From positions 48,422,001 through 48,486,000 of the forward strand of contig OX597818.1 of assembly GCA_951406725.2 (NCBI GenBank): a stretch of DNA of 64,000 bases, in the 5' to 3' direction. Below, one piece after another: positions 10,714-23,082 of the stretch. Numbering within the stretch: position 1 is the stretch's first letter; each line of letters begins with the position of its first letter. The position numbers and the translations under genes are program-made. Under the pieces are notes generated by a model. That model had not been told where the DNA came from. It saw nothing but the letters and a program-made list of their open reading frames with translations, and ran no database searches. The stretch is from Octopus vulgaris. Its lineage: Eukaryota.

Positions 10714-12199
10714 CTAATATGATCAAAGGAGTTCCAGCTGTGACCACCGTTTTTGCCTTAAAGAGAGTAAAGAGTATCTAACGTTCCCAGTCTCCAATGT
10801 ATCATTTTTTGTTTGTTTTTTTTTTATGATAGGGTGTCATATGTCTGACGTAATCGTTGTTTGCTCCGGATTAGCCTTGATGGAGCAGACCTACGATCAA
10901 AGGAGTTCAAGCCGTTAGCTTCACGTCTTTATTTAAGAGGATCACATTAGCTTAGATATAGATCTTCCATTTTAAAAGTTTAGTTGATATTTCTGAGTCG
11001 AGCAACCTCGTAGAAGCTTCATTAACTTCCTCAAGCGTATCTGATTCCCTGATGCGCAAAAGTGGGCCCGTGTACACTTTCGGTTTATTTCCCACCCATT
11101 ATCTCCCGCGAAAATCCACCTTTTCACAACAAGCCAAGGAGAGCTTAGCAGACACACTCATTTAACATATACTGCAGCCAGTATGTTGCAGGTGACATCT
11201 ACACCTGCCCCGCCCCTTAAAATTATAAATTTCTCAAGTTTTGATTAATTCTAAAGTCATATAATTTATAATTTTAACGAGTAATATAGCTACTATAGGC
11301 AACCTGTTGCACGAAAGTGTCGTCCCAAAATAGCAGTTATATCCATTTGGATACATCTACCATTTCTAGCAATGTTAGGTGATAGCAATAAATGATACGT
11401 TGAAGAATGATGAAAATTTATAATTTTAACGATAAAGTTTTTTCTTTCTTTCTTCGCTCATGTTTGTGTTTTCTTCGATTTTGGATTTGTATTTTCATGT
11501 GGCTTTGTATTATACATGCTTTGTATACACACGTGTTACATCCCAATGAATAACTCTTTTTAGAAGATGAAAAAAAGTAACGATAAAGTCGGATAAACAA
11601 AAGCTGCTATTTATAGGTTATTGTTTGACAATGTGGATGTGTGTGTGTGTATCAGTTGCGTATGTGGGCTACCGTTCTGCTCAGCTCTCCTCCGGGTTTC
11701 AGGCGAAAAGACGGGTTGTGGCGGGAGATGAAGAAAATGGTACGAAAATGTATGGGCGCCAAGTTTTCTCTCATAAAATAATATAAAGCTATTAGAAATA
11801 ATACAGATGCAAAATAAATGTTCACTGAGAATTGACACTCAACAAATTCAATCCAAAAACGCTGTTTTTGGATTGTTAGCTAGTTTAGACTATATGATCA
11901 ACATAAACTATTAATGTTTATATCCATTATGAGCTCCGAATGTTTTGGAAGAGTAACATTTGAAATCAATGATTTTCTAGCTTAGCTCGAAGCTTATTAT
12001 GGTTTAGAGGTTTAGACCAAGATCAACCTTGGTCGAACGGATCTATGATTAAAATTATTTAGAAAGTGTCGTAGTATGTCTAGGACTACATCAGCCAAAG
12101 TGTATTTCTTATAAAGTAATAAATTGATTTGAAAGATTTTACTGCCAACTTGTAGGAAATTGGGCGATCACATAGTGACTTTTTTCTTAGTTTCTGCTC

Positions 12200-12438
12200 G
12201 ACAGAAAGAAGTGGAACAAACTGCCAGCATCAGTTGTTAGTTGTCGGAGCACTGCATCCTTCAAAACTTCCATGGTACACCTGATTTTCTCCTCTCCATA
12301 CACACACAAGCATGTATTTGACTCATACACTGTTCGCTTTCCAGACATTTGTACATTACTGCATATGCTTTATATGCACTTTCTGACAAGTTGTGGTGCA
12401 CCGGAGCACTGTATACAATAATTTCATTATTATTATTA
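12200..12438 (+). mobile_element. CR1-type LINE 3' end with (ATT)n tail (another at 14905-15190)
   Basis: Matches the 3' UTR of the longer copy at 36765-37460. Confidence 0.8.
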
Positions 12439-12963
12439 AGTTCCTGCCTATAGAAATAAAACAGGCAGCAGACCATAACATTATGGGCAAAGTTTTGAAA
12501 TGTACATCTGAAACCTAACTTGGTGCACAACACGAAAGCTGGTATTTTGAGGGAGACAGTTCACTGGCATAAAACAACATCCATTCTTTCATACTTAATA
12601 CATACTAAAACAATCTTTGTACCAAAACACTGACTAATAGCAACGTGTAACCAAAAATAATTTTCTTTCTTCATATCTTTGGTTTACAACTAAGTGCGAC
12701 TTTCGAATCTCACCCAACTGTCTTTTAATTATTTTGTTGCCTGTATATTAGAGAAATTATATTTTTCCAACAAGAACTTTTACATAGAATTAGCCAACTT
12801 GGCTATTTGAATAAAACCTGAATGTCCATAACTTGCCATTTTCAGTCATTATAATTAAATCGACTAAGTGGGACAAATTAATGCTTTGATGGCAATTTCC
12901 AATAATATTGTGTTGTGAGTATTTAAGGCTGCGAAAACCGAGAATAAATTTATTGATACTCAC

Positions 12964-13045
12964 CAAAATAGTTTTTAATTTCATTATCTTTTAACGAAGA
13001 AGGAGCATTATCGCCCAGAAGTTTAGCAAGGCCTTGAATTCCCAT
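12964..13045 (-). CDS. FEN1: Flap endonuclease 1, coding exon 1
   Basis: Translates [27 protein letters not shown](G), the typical FEN1 N-terminus; GTGAGT donor follows; 82 nt, phase 1. Confidence 0.95.
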
Positions 13046-13475
13046 GTTTTGTGATGCAATGAGACACACGACGAACAATTCGGAAAATAGAACAGAATTC
13101 CCCGCCAAAAGTGAAATGAGCCCCTTAACCTCATTTGCGTAAAACCGTAAAAATAAAGTCTATAATTTTATAAAACATTTTTAATTTTAATAATACATTT
13201 TAAAAGTAATTGTATTTGTTTTTACATTTTATGAAATTAAGAATTAGTTCATAATTATATTCTTTAAATATACAAATATTATATTTAACTTTATTCGACT
13301 AAGTAATTATTAAACTACAACAGAATCGCCAGAAATACTTCATAATGATTTATAAAAATTATTATTTTATTAAGATGTTGATATTTGTCTTGTTGTCTTA
13401 ATAAAAGACGGTTCCGAGTATAAATTAGTAGCTCTGCATGTATATAGTCATAGTGACAGGGAGAGAATAAGCAAC
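13046..13475. promoter_or_regulatory. Putative bidirectional promoter and 5' UTRs shared by FEN1 and DDX27
   Basis: 430 bp between divergent ATGs, free of the repeats that fill the rest of the window; E2F-like TTTTGGCGGGGAA on the minus strand at about 13098-13110. Confidence 0.7.
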
Positions 13476-13571
13476 ATGGTCAGTGTTCCAGATGATCTTG
13501 GTTTTATAAAGACAATAACTGATGATGATGTCATCGAATTTAATGACGATACATCAGAGAGTGATGAAGAT
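13476..13571 (+). CDS. DDX27: DEAD-box RNA helicase DDX27 (Drs1), coding exon 1
   Basis: MVSVPDDLGFIKTITDDDVIEFNDDTSESDED resembles the DDX27 N-terminal DLG-I-TI plus acidic tract; GTAAGT donor. Confidence 0.85.
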
Positions 13572-14429
13572 GTAAGTTTGAGAAGTTTAAATCGATGATT
13601 TAATTTGCTTTTGTCTGTTGTTTACCATTTTATCTATTGTACAACCAAAACGTTCCCACGTGTCTCAAGATAGGAAATTGATATGGAAATATACAAGTGA
13701 CATCCTCTCTCTATATGTATTATGTATTAGATTGTTAATTTTTGGTGTATGTGTGTATTTCTATTCTTAGTTGCTTCCTCTATATCGTATTATCTATAGT
13801 ATCGTAACATCTTGGTCAAATACATAATGTAATGTAAACATTGGCTGTGCTACAGCATGACCACAGCTGGATGGCGGAATCCAGTAAAAGAGTATTGTAA
13901 TGTGAATAATAATGAAGCTCTAATCGAAAATTATAGACTAAGTTTCGCAATTTTTGCAACATTGGAACCACCGAAACGGATTCTGTTGTTAGCTTTCAAA
14001 GTGTATGACGAAAGAGAAAATAGATATATGGAATCATTTCCATTTGTATATAGATCCATCGTAAAATTAGAATCAGGGAGACATTTTCGCTCTTGAGGAA
14101 CAAACTATCCGATTTTGTTGTTGTTTAATAATTCCATAAGATTTGCTCACCTGCCTCTCTCATTATGAACTTGTGATTGTTCTTTAGGTACTAAGAACAC
14201 TAACTTTCATTCAGTAATTAGCAAATGTGTAAATGATGTTGGTATATCGTGGATAGACTAAAATCTTAGTGACAGCGATAAATTAGGAGAAAATCTATAA
14301 AATTATTGTGATGATTAATCATTTTCTATTACATGTAGTTTATCTGTGTTTTATCTTATTGTTGTTGACGAGTTTTGCTTAATTAAGGTATTTCCTAATT
14401 ATTCAGTTCGGTTTCTTCAACAAGTTAAT

Positions 14430-16330
14430 CGACTTATAGCTACAATATCCATGGTGTCACTAGATAAAGCTCATCAAACTAAACCCGAAGGCAACACCAT
14501 GGCCACTACCTCTTTTTCTACTTTTACAAACGTCATCCTCATCTCAGTTGACTTGAATAGTCCCACAAACTAGAACATTGTCCACGTAGGCAACCACATC
14601 CAAAGTTGCTAATAATTCGTTCAAATTGCACGCCAGTATCGATTGAGCTGAATGGAATCTTACAGAACTGATTGTTTACCACAAGAGTCAAAAGCATAGA
14701 AAGTCTGTCATTCAAAAATACTAATCTGATGGTATACACCTAGATCCTGGGTACTAAATATTCTGTAGCAATCAACAGTCTTTACCAATTCATTCAATTT
14801 TAGCAAAAACCAAGAATCTAGTTGAGGGAATCAGTCAATAGTTGATGACTATATATTTTGTATAATGTTTATTGCTACAGGGAGTTGCTTGGCTAGCACA
14901 GCTCCCATGACTTTAGGAAACATTTTTTCACACTAAGAGTTGCTGAAGCATGGAACAGACTGCCGGCATCAGTTGTTAGTTGTTGGAGCACTGCATCCTT
15001 CAAAACTTCCATGCTTCCTGAGATTCGCCAACACTACACCTGATTTTCTCCCCTCCATACACACGCAAGCATGTATCTGACTCATACACTGTTGACTTCC
15101 CAGACATTTGTACATTACTGCATATACTTTATATGCACTTTTTGACAAGTTGTGGTGCACCTGAGCACTGTATACAATAATTTCATTATATTATATATAT
15201 ATTTTTCCAGGTTTGCTGTCCACCATTAATGAATACCTTATTTGCTTTGTTAAATCTTTTTGACTGCAGCAATTGGTTTTGCAGTCAGTTGTGAGGTATG
15301 AAAATAGTGTTGTTGGAGATTGGGTGGCATCAGTCAAGGTGTTTCTGTTTAACGATGGTTTAGCGCTGCCAATCTCAATATTGGTATACTGATAGCATTG
15401 AAGAAAATCTCTTTCAAGAACGATCTTTCTCACACACATTCATTATAACCAACATTTTTACGTTTTTTTTTGTTCGTGAGTTACTAGAAATATGAAGTTG
15501 TCTATGCAGTAACCAAGGCTACAAACAGACAAGGAATTGGTAGCCATACTCATGCACTTGGAACAAGGATGCATTATAAGAACAGCAGCGAGCTAGCAGA
15601 AACGTTAGCATGCCGGGCGAAATGCGTAGCCGTATTTCGTCTGTTGTTGCGTTCCGAGTTCAAATTCCACCAAGGTTGACTTTGCCTTTCATCCTTTTGG
15701 GGTTGATAAATTAAGTACCAGTTATGCACTGGGGTAAATGTAATCGACTTAATCCCTTTGTCTGTCCTTGTTTGTCCCGTCTGTGTTTAGCCCCTTGTGG
15801 GTAGTAAAGAAATATATAAGAACATTTAGCTATAGTGGCTAAAGGATTCTGAACTGCTTTTGTCTATCAAAATCTTGACATTTTCCCCTTCAACTTTGAA
15901 GAGACAATTGATATTGAGACTGCTAGATAAACATCCTATCGTGGCAAGCATAGACATTGGAATTAGTGTCAGTTGATGTATTAGAATGCACTTTTGTTGA
16001 TTTACATGTCTTCCTGCAGAGAGTGGTCCATTTTGCAACAATTTCTACACTGGTACTGAAATACTGTGATCTGAATCTGTGCTGCAGCATAAAGAATATG
16101 TGACAGAGCAAAAGAGTTCTAATGATGGCATCCCATATGAGGCATCCGCCTTCAGCCTAAGGGCAAAGCATCCCTCAACAATCCTCCTAGCTTTAGACTT
16201 GAGGGAATATTTACCCTGATTAGGTTTATCATTCTCTGATGACCAAAACAACCTGCATTCAATTGACATGATAATCTTTGAAGAGCTCCAGAATGACTTC
16301 TCGTTCTCCCACATACCTCAGCTCCAACTC
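14430..16330 (-). mobile_element. Decayed Ty3/Gypsy LTR retrotransposon internal fragment
   Basis: Frameshifted remnants in gag-PR-RT order: CRNCCKMDH zinc knuckle, KILIDKSSSESF protease-like, YRIFSTQDL..YHQI and QFCKIPF RT motifs; interrupted by a SINE and a CR1 tail. Confidence 0.65.
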
Positions 16331-17470
16331 AAAGTGTAATGGAAATAGAGATTTCGTTTGGGCTAAGTAAGCCATCGGTGGTGATTGCCACAGGCAAAGC
16401 TTAAAGTTTAGTCTCCAGAAAATTTGGCACTTACCAAAAGTAGGTAGAACTTTTGAATGTTAATCAGATTGATCAAAAAGAAAGCCAAAATGTGTTTTAA
16501 TTGTAAATTGTCCCAAACTATGAGTCAATTTTTTTCTGTACTGGGACTAAGGAGACAATGTTACCTGTCAGAGAGGAGCAAGCACGAATGGAAGAAAGAA
16601 AGGAAGAGAGAGAGATAGAGAGTTGCATTTGTGTAAACATAGAATGCTAAATCATTTGGGCGTGTTCGTGCTGGTGACCAATGCTTGTACCCCATGACTG
16701 GCCCCCATGCCAGTGACACATAGAAAGCACTATCTGAACGTGATCAATGTCAAGCCCACCTGACTGGTTCCTGTGCCAGTAGCTCATAAAAAGTACCCAC
16801 TACACTCTCTGAGTGGTTGGCGTTAGGAAGGGCATCCAGCTGTAGAAACCTTACCAGATCACACTGCAGCCTCCCAGCTTGCCCAGTCCTCAGTCAAATC
16901 ATCCAACCCATGCCAGCATGGAAAGTGGATATTAAATGATGATGATGAAAAAACCTTGATATGGCTCAGTTACCTCAATGTTTTTGAGTAAGTTTTTGAA
17001 CTTTGACACCTTTGGAAAAAGGTGAGTTTGAAGGTAAGGTCATTTAACTCCTTAGCATTCAGATTACTCTGTCAAAAAGAAAGCTTATTTGTTCACATCG
17101 TTTTGAATTAATTATGCATTAGCTCAATGATGTGATTGTTTATTTTTAAAATTACATTGTAGGGAAGGTGAGATAGGCTGGATCTGGCCAGTTTGAACAT
17201 AAAACACACAATATTTGGACCAGATTTGGCTGGTTTCAATGCTAAGGGATTAAATTTCCTTCAAAGATGTTTAGTAATTTTCTTGAAAGGAGGTTCTACT
17301 TGAAACATCACAATATACTTCTCTTCATAGGGCTCAATGTATTTTATGCTTTACTGAGTTGATTCTATCCTGCTATTTCCTTTGATTTGTTAATACTGTT
17401 GCTTCTGTCTACGAAAGTACAATATCTCTAATCTATTAATGAATTATGTTTCCTCTTTCTATTGATATAG

Positions 17471-17551
17471 CAAGTCACACCTCTTTCTAAAGAAAAAAAG
17501 AAGAAGAAAAAAACTAATGAATTTAACAACAACTTCCAGTTTGATATATCA
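17471..17551 (+). CDS. DDX27: DDX27 exon 2
   Basis: QVTPLSKEKKKKKKTNEFNNNFQFDIS, containing the FN..FxF motif; TAG/GTAAGT, phase 0. Confidence 0.85.
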
Positions 17552-17624
17552 GTAAGTTTATAATCTTAAATTCAGTTAGAAATGGTAAAGTCATCAGATA
17601 TATATATCCTTTTGATATATATAT

Positions 17625-17838
17625 ATATTCAAAATGTGACCGTGTGTGTACCGTTGGCGATTTTTTTTTTTTTCCTCCGTCTTCCCTTCTCTGGATCTTT
17701 CCTTTTCCTATGTTTCTGACGAAGAGCTCCGCTCGAACCGTTAAACCCTCCTTCTTCCCTTCCTTTCTGAGCGTCCAATAATACTATATTTGTTCCACAT
17801 CCTCGCGTTGTTGTGTTTTCATGTTTGGATTAACTTCA
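17625..17838 (+). mobile_element. Short Penelope-like terminal-repeat fragment carrying a degenerate hammerhead motif
   Basis: Inserted in (TA)n; contains GTTT-CTGACGA-A-GAGC-TCC-GCTC-GAAC-CGTT-AAAC at 17712-17746. Confidence 0.55.
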
Positions 17839-17867
17839 TATATATATATATTATAATAATGTAAATA

Positions 17868-17912
<45 letters not shown>

Positions 17913-17923
17913 GGCACAGGATG

Positions 17924-18520
17924 TCACAGGATGCGTTTTTCAAGCGAATAAAGGTCGAGCGTACTCAGCCTTTCTTCGTAGGACAAATTTTTGAGACCAT
18001 GAACCATGCGGGTAGCCAGCTTCTGGACTCTTTCGAGATGCTGTATGTCTTTGAGGAGATAAGGAGAAGAGGCTTGAATCCCGTATTCCAATATGGGTCT
18101 CACCAGCGTGACATAGAGTGGTAGGAATATGGCTGCTGTGAGCATTCCGAATGACCGTCGAATCAAGAACAGAATTCCGCGTGCTTTGTTGGCAGCATGG
18201 ACGCACTGGGCCGAAGGCGAAAAGGAGGAATCCACCAAGATACCCAGGTCCTTTACCTGATCGGTCCTCTCCAGCAGCAGACGACCCGGATCGAAATCAA
18301 GTTGAGTTGCAGGAGGAGAGCCAACAGGCAGATGACAGCACTTTGACACGTTCAGACACAGGTCCCATTCGTTAGACCACTTCCAAATTTGGTGGAGGCA
18401 TCGACGAAGATCCTCTATATCACCACGAGGAGCAACCAGTTTGAGGTCGTCGGGCAAGTCATTTATGAAGACTAAGAACAATAAGGGCCCAAGCACTGAA
18501 CCTTGAGGGACGCCACTGCT
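17924..18520 (-). mobile_element. CR1-clade LINE reverse transcriptase fragment
   Basis: SGVPQGSVLGPLLFLVFINDLP, KDLGILVD, LVRPILEY, LERVQKLATRMV; the catalytic YADD region is deleted. Confidence 0.9.
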
Positions 18521-19608
18521 CGCACTGGAGAAATGAAGTGTTTTGCTCAAGAACAATGCGTCGCCTGGTCTAGGAACCAAAACCACAATCTTACGATCAT
18601 GATGCTGACACCCTAACCACTAAGCCACGCGCCTCCACACGCACATATATATATATATATAATATTTATAATGTAAGCTATTTACTAAGGCAATCAGGTA
18701 GTGTGCTGGTGCCACATGAAAAGCACCCACTACGCTCTATAAAGTGGTTGATGTAAGAAAAGGCATCCAGCCATAGAAACCATGCCAAAACAGAAAATTA
18801 GAGCCTGGGTAGCTTTCCAGCTTGCCAGTTCCTTTCAGACTGTCCAACCCATGCCAGCATGGAAAACAGATGTTAAATGATGATGTTGATGTAAGGCAGC
18901 TAGTATTCTCAATGATTATTAGTGTTGCATCACCAACTGCTACCAGGACAAAGGAGATACTGGATGTGGGCCGAATAAATCATTTATTTCATATCTGCTT
19001 TCCATGCTGGTATTGTTTGAATGAGTTGTCACAGCCCAAGTCATTTCTTATTCAGAGGTGCTTCCCTCCTGGACAAATTGGAAGACCATGTCTCATTTGT
19101 ACATTTAATTTTTGCCTGTTTTTTACAGCTTGATGCTCATCCGAATATCAGTTGGCGTATGCGCAGAGTGTGTGTGCAGAGCATTTAATCATGGCACTGA
19201 CACGAGTAGTTGTCATGTCTTTATAAGCATACCATCATAGAGCTATCAATTTGAGCAGCTAGTCCGTCTGATGAGTTTATTCTCCCCTTTGTATTCTCCA
19301 GGCATCAAATTGGTAGACAAGTCATCAATGTGCTTTGGCTAGTTCACAATAGGGTTAGCTTAGTTAAGATGCGGTTTGAGTTAGTGTTGGGACTCAGAAT
19401 TCACCAATGCCATATTACTAAAGTACTGTACTTGTATGTAGGAAAGGAATAGTCTGGAATCAGTGTTGGGTATAAAAGTGCCTTGTGGTGTATGATACCA
19501 TACTGTTTATGTGTACTAATTGATTGTATTATCAACTTAAATACTTATATTAATTTCCCCCTTTTTTGTGTGTGTGTATATGATTTATCTGTTTTATTTT
19601 GTTTACAG

Positions 19609-19728
19609 TTTAAAGATGATGCAATATTCGATATGGACTTTGCTTTGCGACATGCGAAACGAAAGAAATTAGAAGTCACATCGCTTGATGAAAAAATTAT
19701 ACAGATTCGTCGGCAAAAAAAGAAAGAG
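19609..19728 (+). CDS. DDX27: DDX27 exon 3
   Basis: FKDDAIFDMDFALRHAKRKKLEVTSLDEKIIQIRRQKKKE, containing TSLDEKI; CAG/GTATG. Confidence 0.9.
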
Positions 19729-20894
19729 GTATGTTATTAAAGATTTTTTTTTTACCTTTAAAACTGGTATGGCTTGATTCATATAAGAGGTTGCTGTTTG
19801 TCCTAAATTGGTCATTTTTTTTTTATATATTGAAAAGTTTAACTTGCAACTATTCAGTTAATAAGTAATATGTAAAAATTTAGTCAGTCTGTATGTTTAT
19901 ATTTCATTTAGAACCAATTACATTCATTTGTATATCTTTCATATTGAGATATTAAGCAATTATACCATCATTACGTTTACATATATTTTCCAGTTTAGGT
20001 TGGACATGTTTGAAATGTAGTGTTTTTCTGTCTCTCAATTCTTCATTCTATCAAATTAACCATAATCCTATTTTCCAGTATACTCTTTACTCTTTTACTT
20101 GTTTCAGTCATTTGACTGTGGTCATGCTGGAGCACTGCCTTTAGTCGAGCAAATCGACCCCAGGACTTATTCTTTGTAAGCTTAGTACTTATTCTATCGG
20201 TCTCTTTTGCCGAACCGCTAAGTTACGGGCACGTAAACACACCAGCATCGGTTGTCAAGCGATGTTGGGGGGACAAACACAGACACACACACATACATAT
20301 ATATGACGGGCTTCTTTCAGTTTCCATCTACCAAATCCACTCACAATGCTTTGGTCAGCCCGAGGCTCTAGCAGAAGACACTTGCCCAAGGTGCTGCGCC
20401 GTGGGACTGAACCCTGAACCATGTGGTTGGTAAGCAAGCTACTTACCACACAGCCACCAAATACAAAAAGTCCATCTATCTGATTGGCAAATACTCCCTC
20501 ACCAGCATGCTGCAATTACTGCTTCACCTCTTTACATTTTGTGCCAGTTGCTATTACAACAGTTTCAACTTCTGTACTAGTCAACAGCATACTTCCTCCC
20601 CTTGGCTTAATCCCAACTTATGCATCATCTTTACTCTGTCAAAACCTACAAACCCTGCACTATACATTTTTCTAGTTGAAGTTGCAACCTTGAGAAATTC
20701 TTTTCCCCAAACATATTTTTTGTGGTGAATGTCAACTGCATTGGCCTTACCAGTCAAGGAACACTTTCTGATATAATAGGTACTGCCAAGGTGGCGAGCT
20801 GGTAGAAACGTTAGCACGTTGAGCGAAATGCGTAGTCTGCCGTTACGTTCTGAGTTCAAATTCTGCCGAGGTCAGCTTAGCCTTTCATCCTTTC

Positions 20895-21278
20895 GGGGTC
20901 GATGAATTAAGTACCAGTTGCGCACTGGGGTCGATGAATTAAGTACCAGTTGTGCACTGGGGTCGATGAATTAAGTACCAGTTGCGCACTGGGGTCGATG
21001 AATTAAGTACCAGTTGCGCACTGGGGTCGATGAATTAAGTACCAGTTGCGCACTGGGGTCGATGAATTAAGTACCAGTTGCGCACTGGGGTCGATGAATT
21101 AAGTACCAGTTGCGCACTGGGGTCGATGAATTAAGTACCAGTTGCACACTGGGGTCGATGAATTAAGTACCAGTTGCGCACTGGGGTCGATGAATTAAGT
21201 ACCAGTTGCGCACTGGGGTCGATGAATTAAGTACCAGTTGCGCACTGGGGTCGATGAATTAAGTACCAGTTGTGCACT
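20895..21278 (+). repeat. Minisatellite, 12 x 32 bp, inside a family A SINE
   Basis: Unit GGGGTCGATGAATTAAGTACCAGTTGCGCACT, no spacers. Confidence 0.95.
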
Positions 21279-21583
21279 TGAGTCGATGTAATCGACTTGA
21301 TCCGTTTGTCTGTCCTTGTTTGTTCCCTCTGTGTTTAGCCCCTTGTGGGTAGTAAAGAAATATATAATAGGTACTGCTGGATGTTTAAACTAAACAGAAA
21401 AGCAAAACAAAAGGTAAATAAAATAAGCGAAGAAAGGAATGAAAGAAAGACAGAGAGGAGATTACTATTGAAGAAATATTTTAATTTTCATAAGAGTAAC
21501 TTTATGAGTAAAATATCCACCACCTGTAATTTTTAAGGTCTGCTATTAAATGTTTATATTTTGACATTACGTTTTCTTTCTAG

Positions 21584-21677
21584 ACAAATACTAAAGAAAA
21601 ATCAGAAAATATTACAGACGATTGGAACGAAGATGATGACGACAGTTTTGATGATGAAGAAGAAACTAATATGACTG
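21584..21677 (+). CDS. DDX27: DDX27 exon 4
   Basis: Acidic TNTKEKSENITDDWNEDDDDSFDDEEETNMT(D); TAG/GTATT; phase fits neighbours. Confidence 0.8.
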
Positions 21678-21776
21678 GTATTGACTTATTCAAAATTAAA
21701 AGATTTTCTTGTTTTAATTATTGTGTCATGTGACTAATATTCAAGCTAGAATTAGGAGGCTTGGTTGTGTGCTTAA

Positions 21777-21998
21777 CCCTTTTGTTACCATATTCCTGTT
21801 GAGATGCTCAGTGTTTCTTTCAACTATTTAAAATATAGTAATGAATTTAGTAAAATAACTTCGTTATCATTCAGCTAGTGTTAGGAACATAAATTGTGAC
21901 TAAGGTTTGGTGGAAGATTTTAATTCAAAACTTATGAAGACAAGACATTTGTACTATAGAGCCAGAGCCGGTTTGCAGCCGGGTTGGTAACGAAAGGG
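21777..21998. mobile_element. piggyBac-like MITE family A, intact copy
   Basis: TTAA-CCCTTT...AAAGGG-TTAA. Confidence 0.8.
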
Positions 21999-23029
21999 TT
22001 AACCTTCTCAATACCCACCAATCTGAGACTGACCATTGTCATTATACCAACATCTTGTTTTAAAGTGATGATTTTTCTCAAGTCCCTCTGACAATGTCCT
22101 TGTTTTGTGGTGGGAATGTGAAAATCAACTTTTACCACTGTAACATGAGTATGTAATGAGGCAATTTCAATCTATTTATCGGCCATTATTCTTCTTAATA
22201 CCATTGGTGTCTGTGTTCTTATAAAACCAGTTCTGTTTATTCTGGGTTTTGTATTAAACATGAGTTAGAAATAGGAATGATGTCGGTAAGGACTTGATAT
22301 TAAACAATGGCCTTTGCTAACAGTGTTGAATCTTCATCATTTGACTGGCATTCAGGCCATAATTTCTCTAATGTGGTGCTTGCTGCTGTTGCTTAAGTCC
22401 AGGTCAAATCTCATTGAGCACTCCTGTGATCAGAGGCATTCCAGTCAAGATCATTTCGAGGGTATGTAGAACTTTATTATCCAGTGTATCAGTTCTTTTC
22501 CCAGGATGGCAGTTTTTGATTTAAAATAGACTTAGCTGTTATTTCTAACAGGTTGAGTGATCACATAGGAGCTTACTCCTTGGTTTACTTTCCTTAGTAT
22601 TTTTTGTAAAGGTAGATACAAAACGAGTACAGTACTTTGAAAGTTTTTCAGATCAAAAAGCATGGAACCAAGTTTTACTCTGATGCACTCTGTAGCAACA
22701 TGACTAATGATAGATTGGAAGATTTGTACCCAACATACAACCTGCTACTCACCATGTTGCCCACACTCTTTTACTCAGTTGTTAAGTCTAACAGGAGAAA
22801 GAGCTTATTACAACTGGCTGAAAGCTGTAAAATGGAGCATTTTCACTGCATTTTATACATTGGGGGAGCTTAAATCTTCTACTTAAAGCTGCTATGCTTG
22901 TTATACTAAAAGAAAAAACTTTACATGAAATTGTGATTTTTTTTTTAAATGTGTAATTTTTTTGATTTGTATTTATTAAAACTATTTTTTACATATAAAA
23001 AAAAAGCTAAAAGACATTTTTCTCTGCAG

Positions 23030-23082
23030 ATATAATCAGAGACAAAGGTAGAAGAAAGAAGCCTAAAAAGAAAATTGAAGAT
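23030..23082 (+). CDS. DDX27: DDX27 exon 5
   Basis: (D)IIRDKGRRKKPKKKIED; CAG/GTAAG; restores phase 0. Confidence 0.82.

Noticed and set aside
11136-11154. Resemblance to U6atac (AAGGAGAG..TTAGCA)
   Set aside because: The match is short and the flanking U6atac sequence and structure are absent.
19267-19300. CTGATGAG as a hammerhead core
   Set aside because: No stem II or GAAA follows at a suitable distance.
20895-21278. CRISPR-like array of 32-bp repeats
   Set aside because: No spacers, no cas genes, eukaryotic intron; the unit is an internal piece of a SINE.
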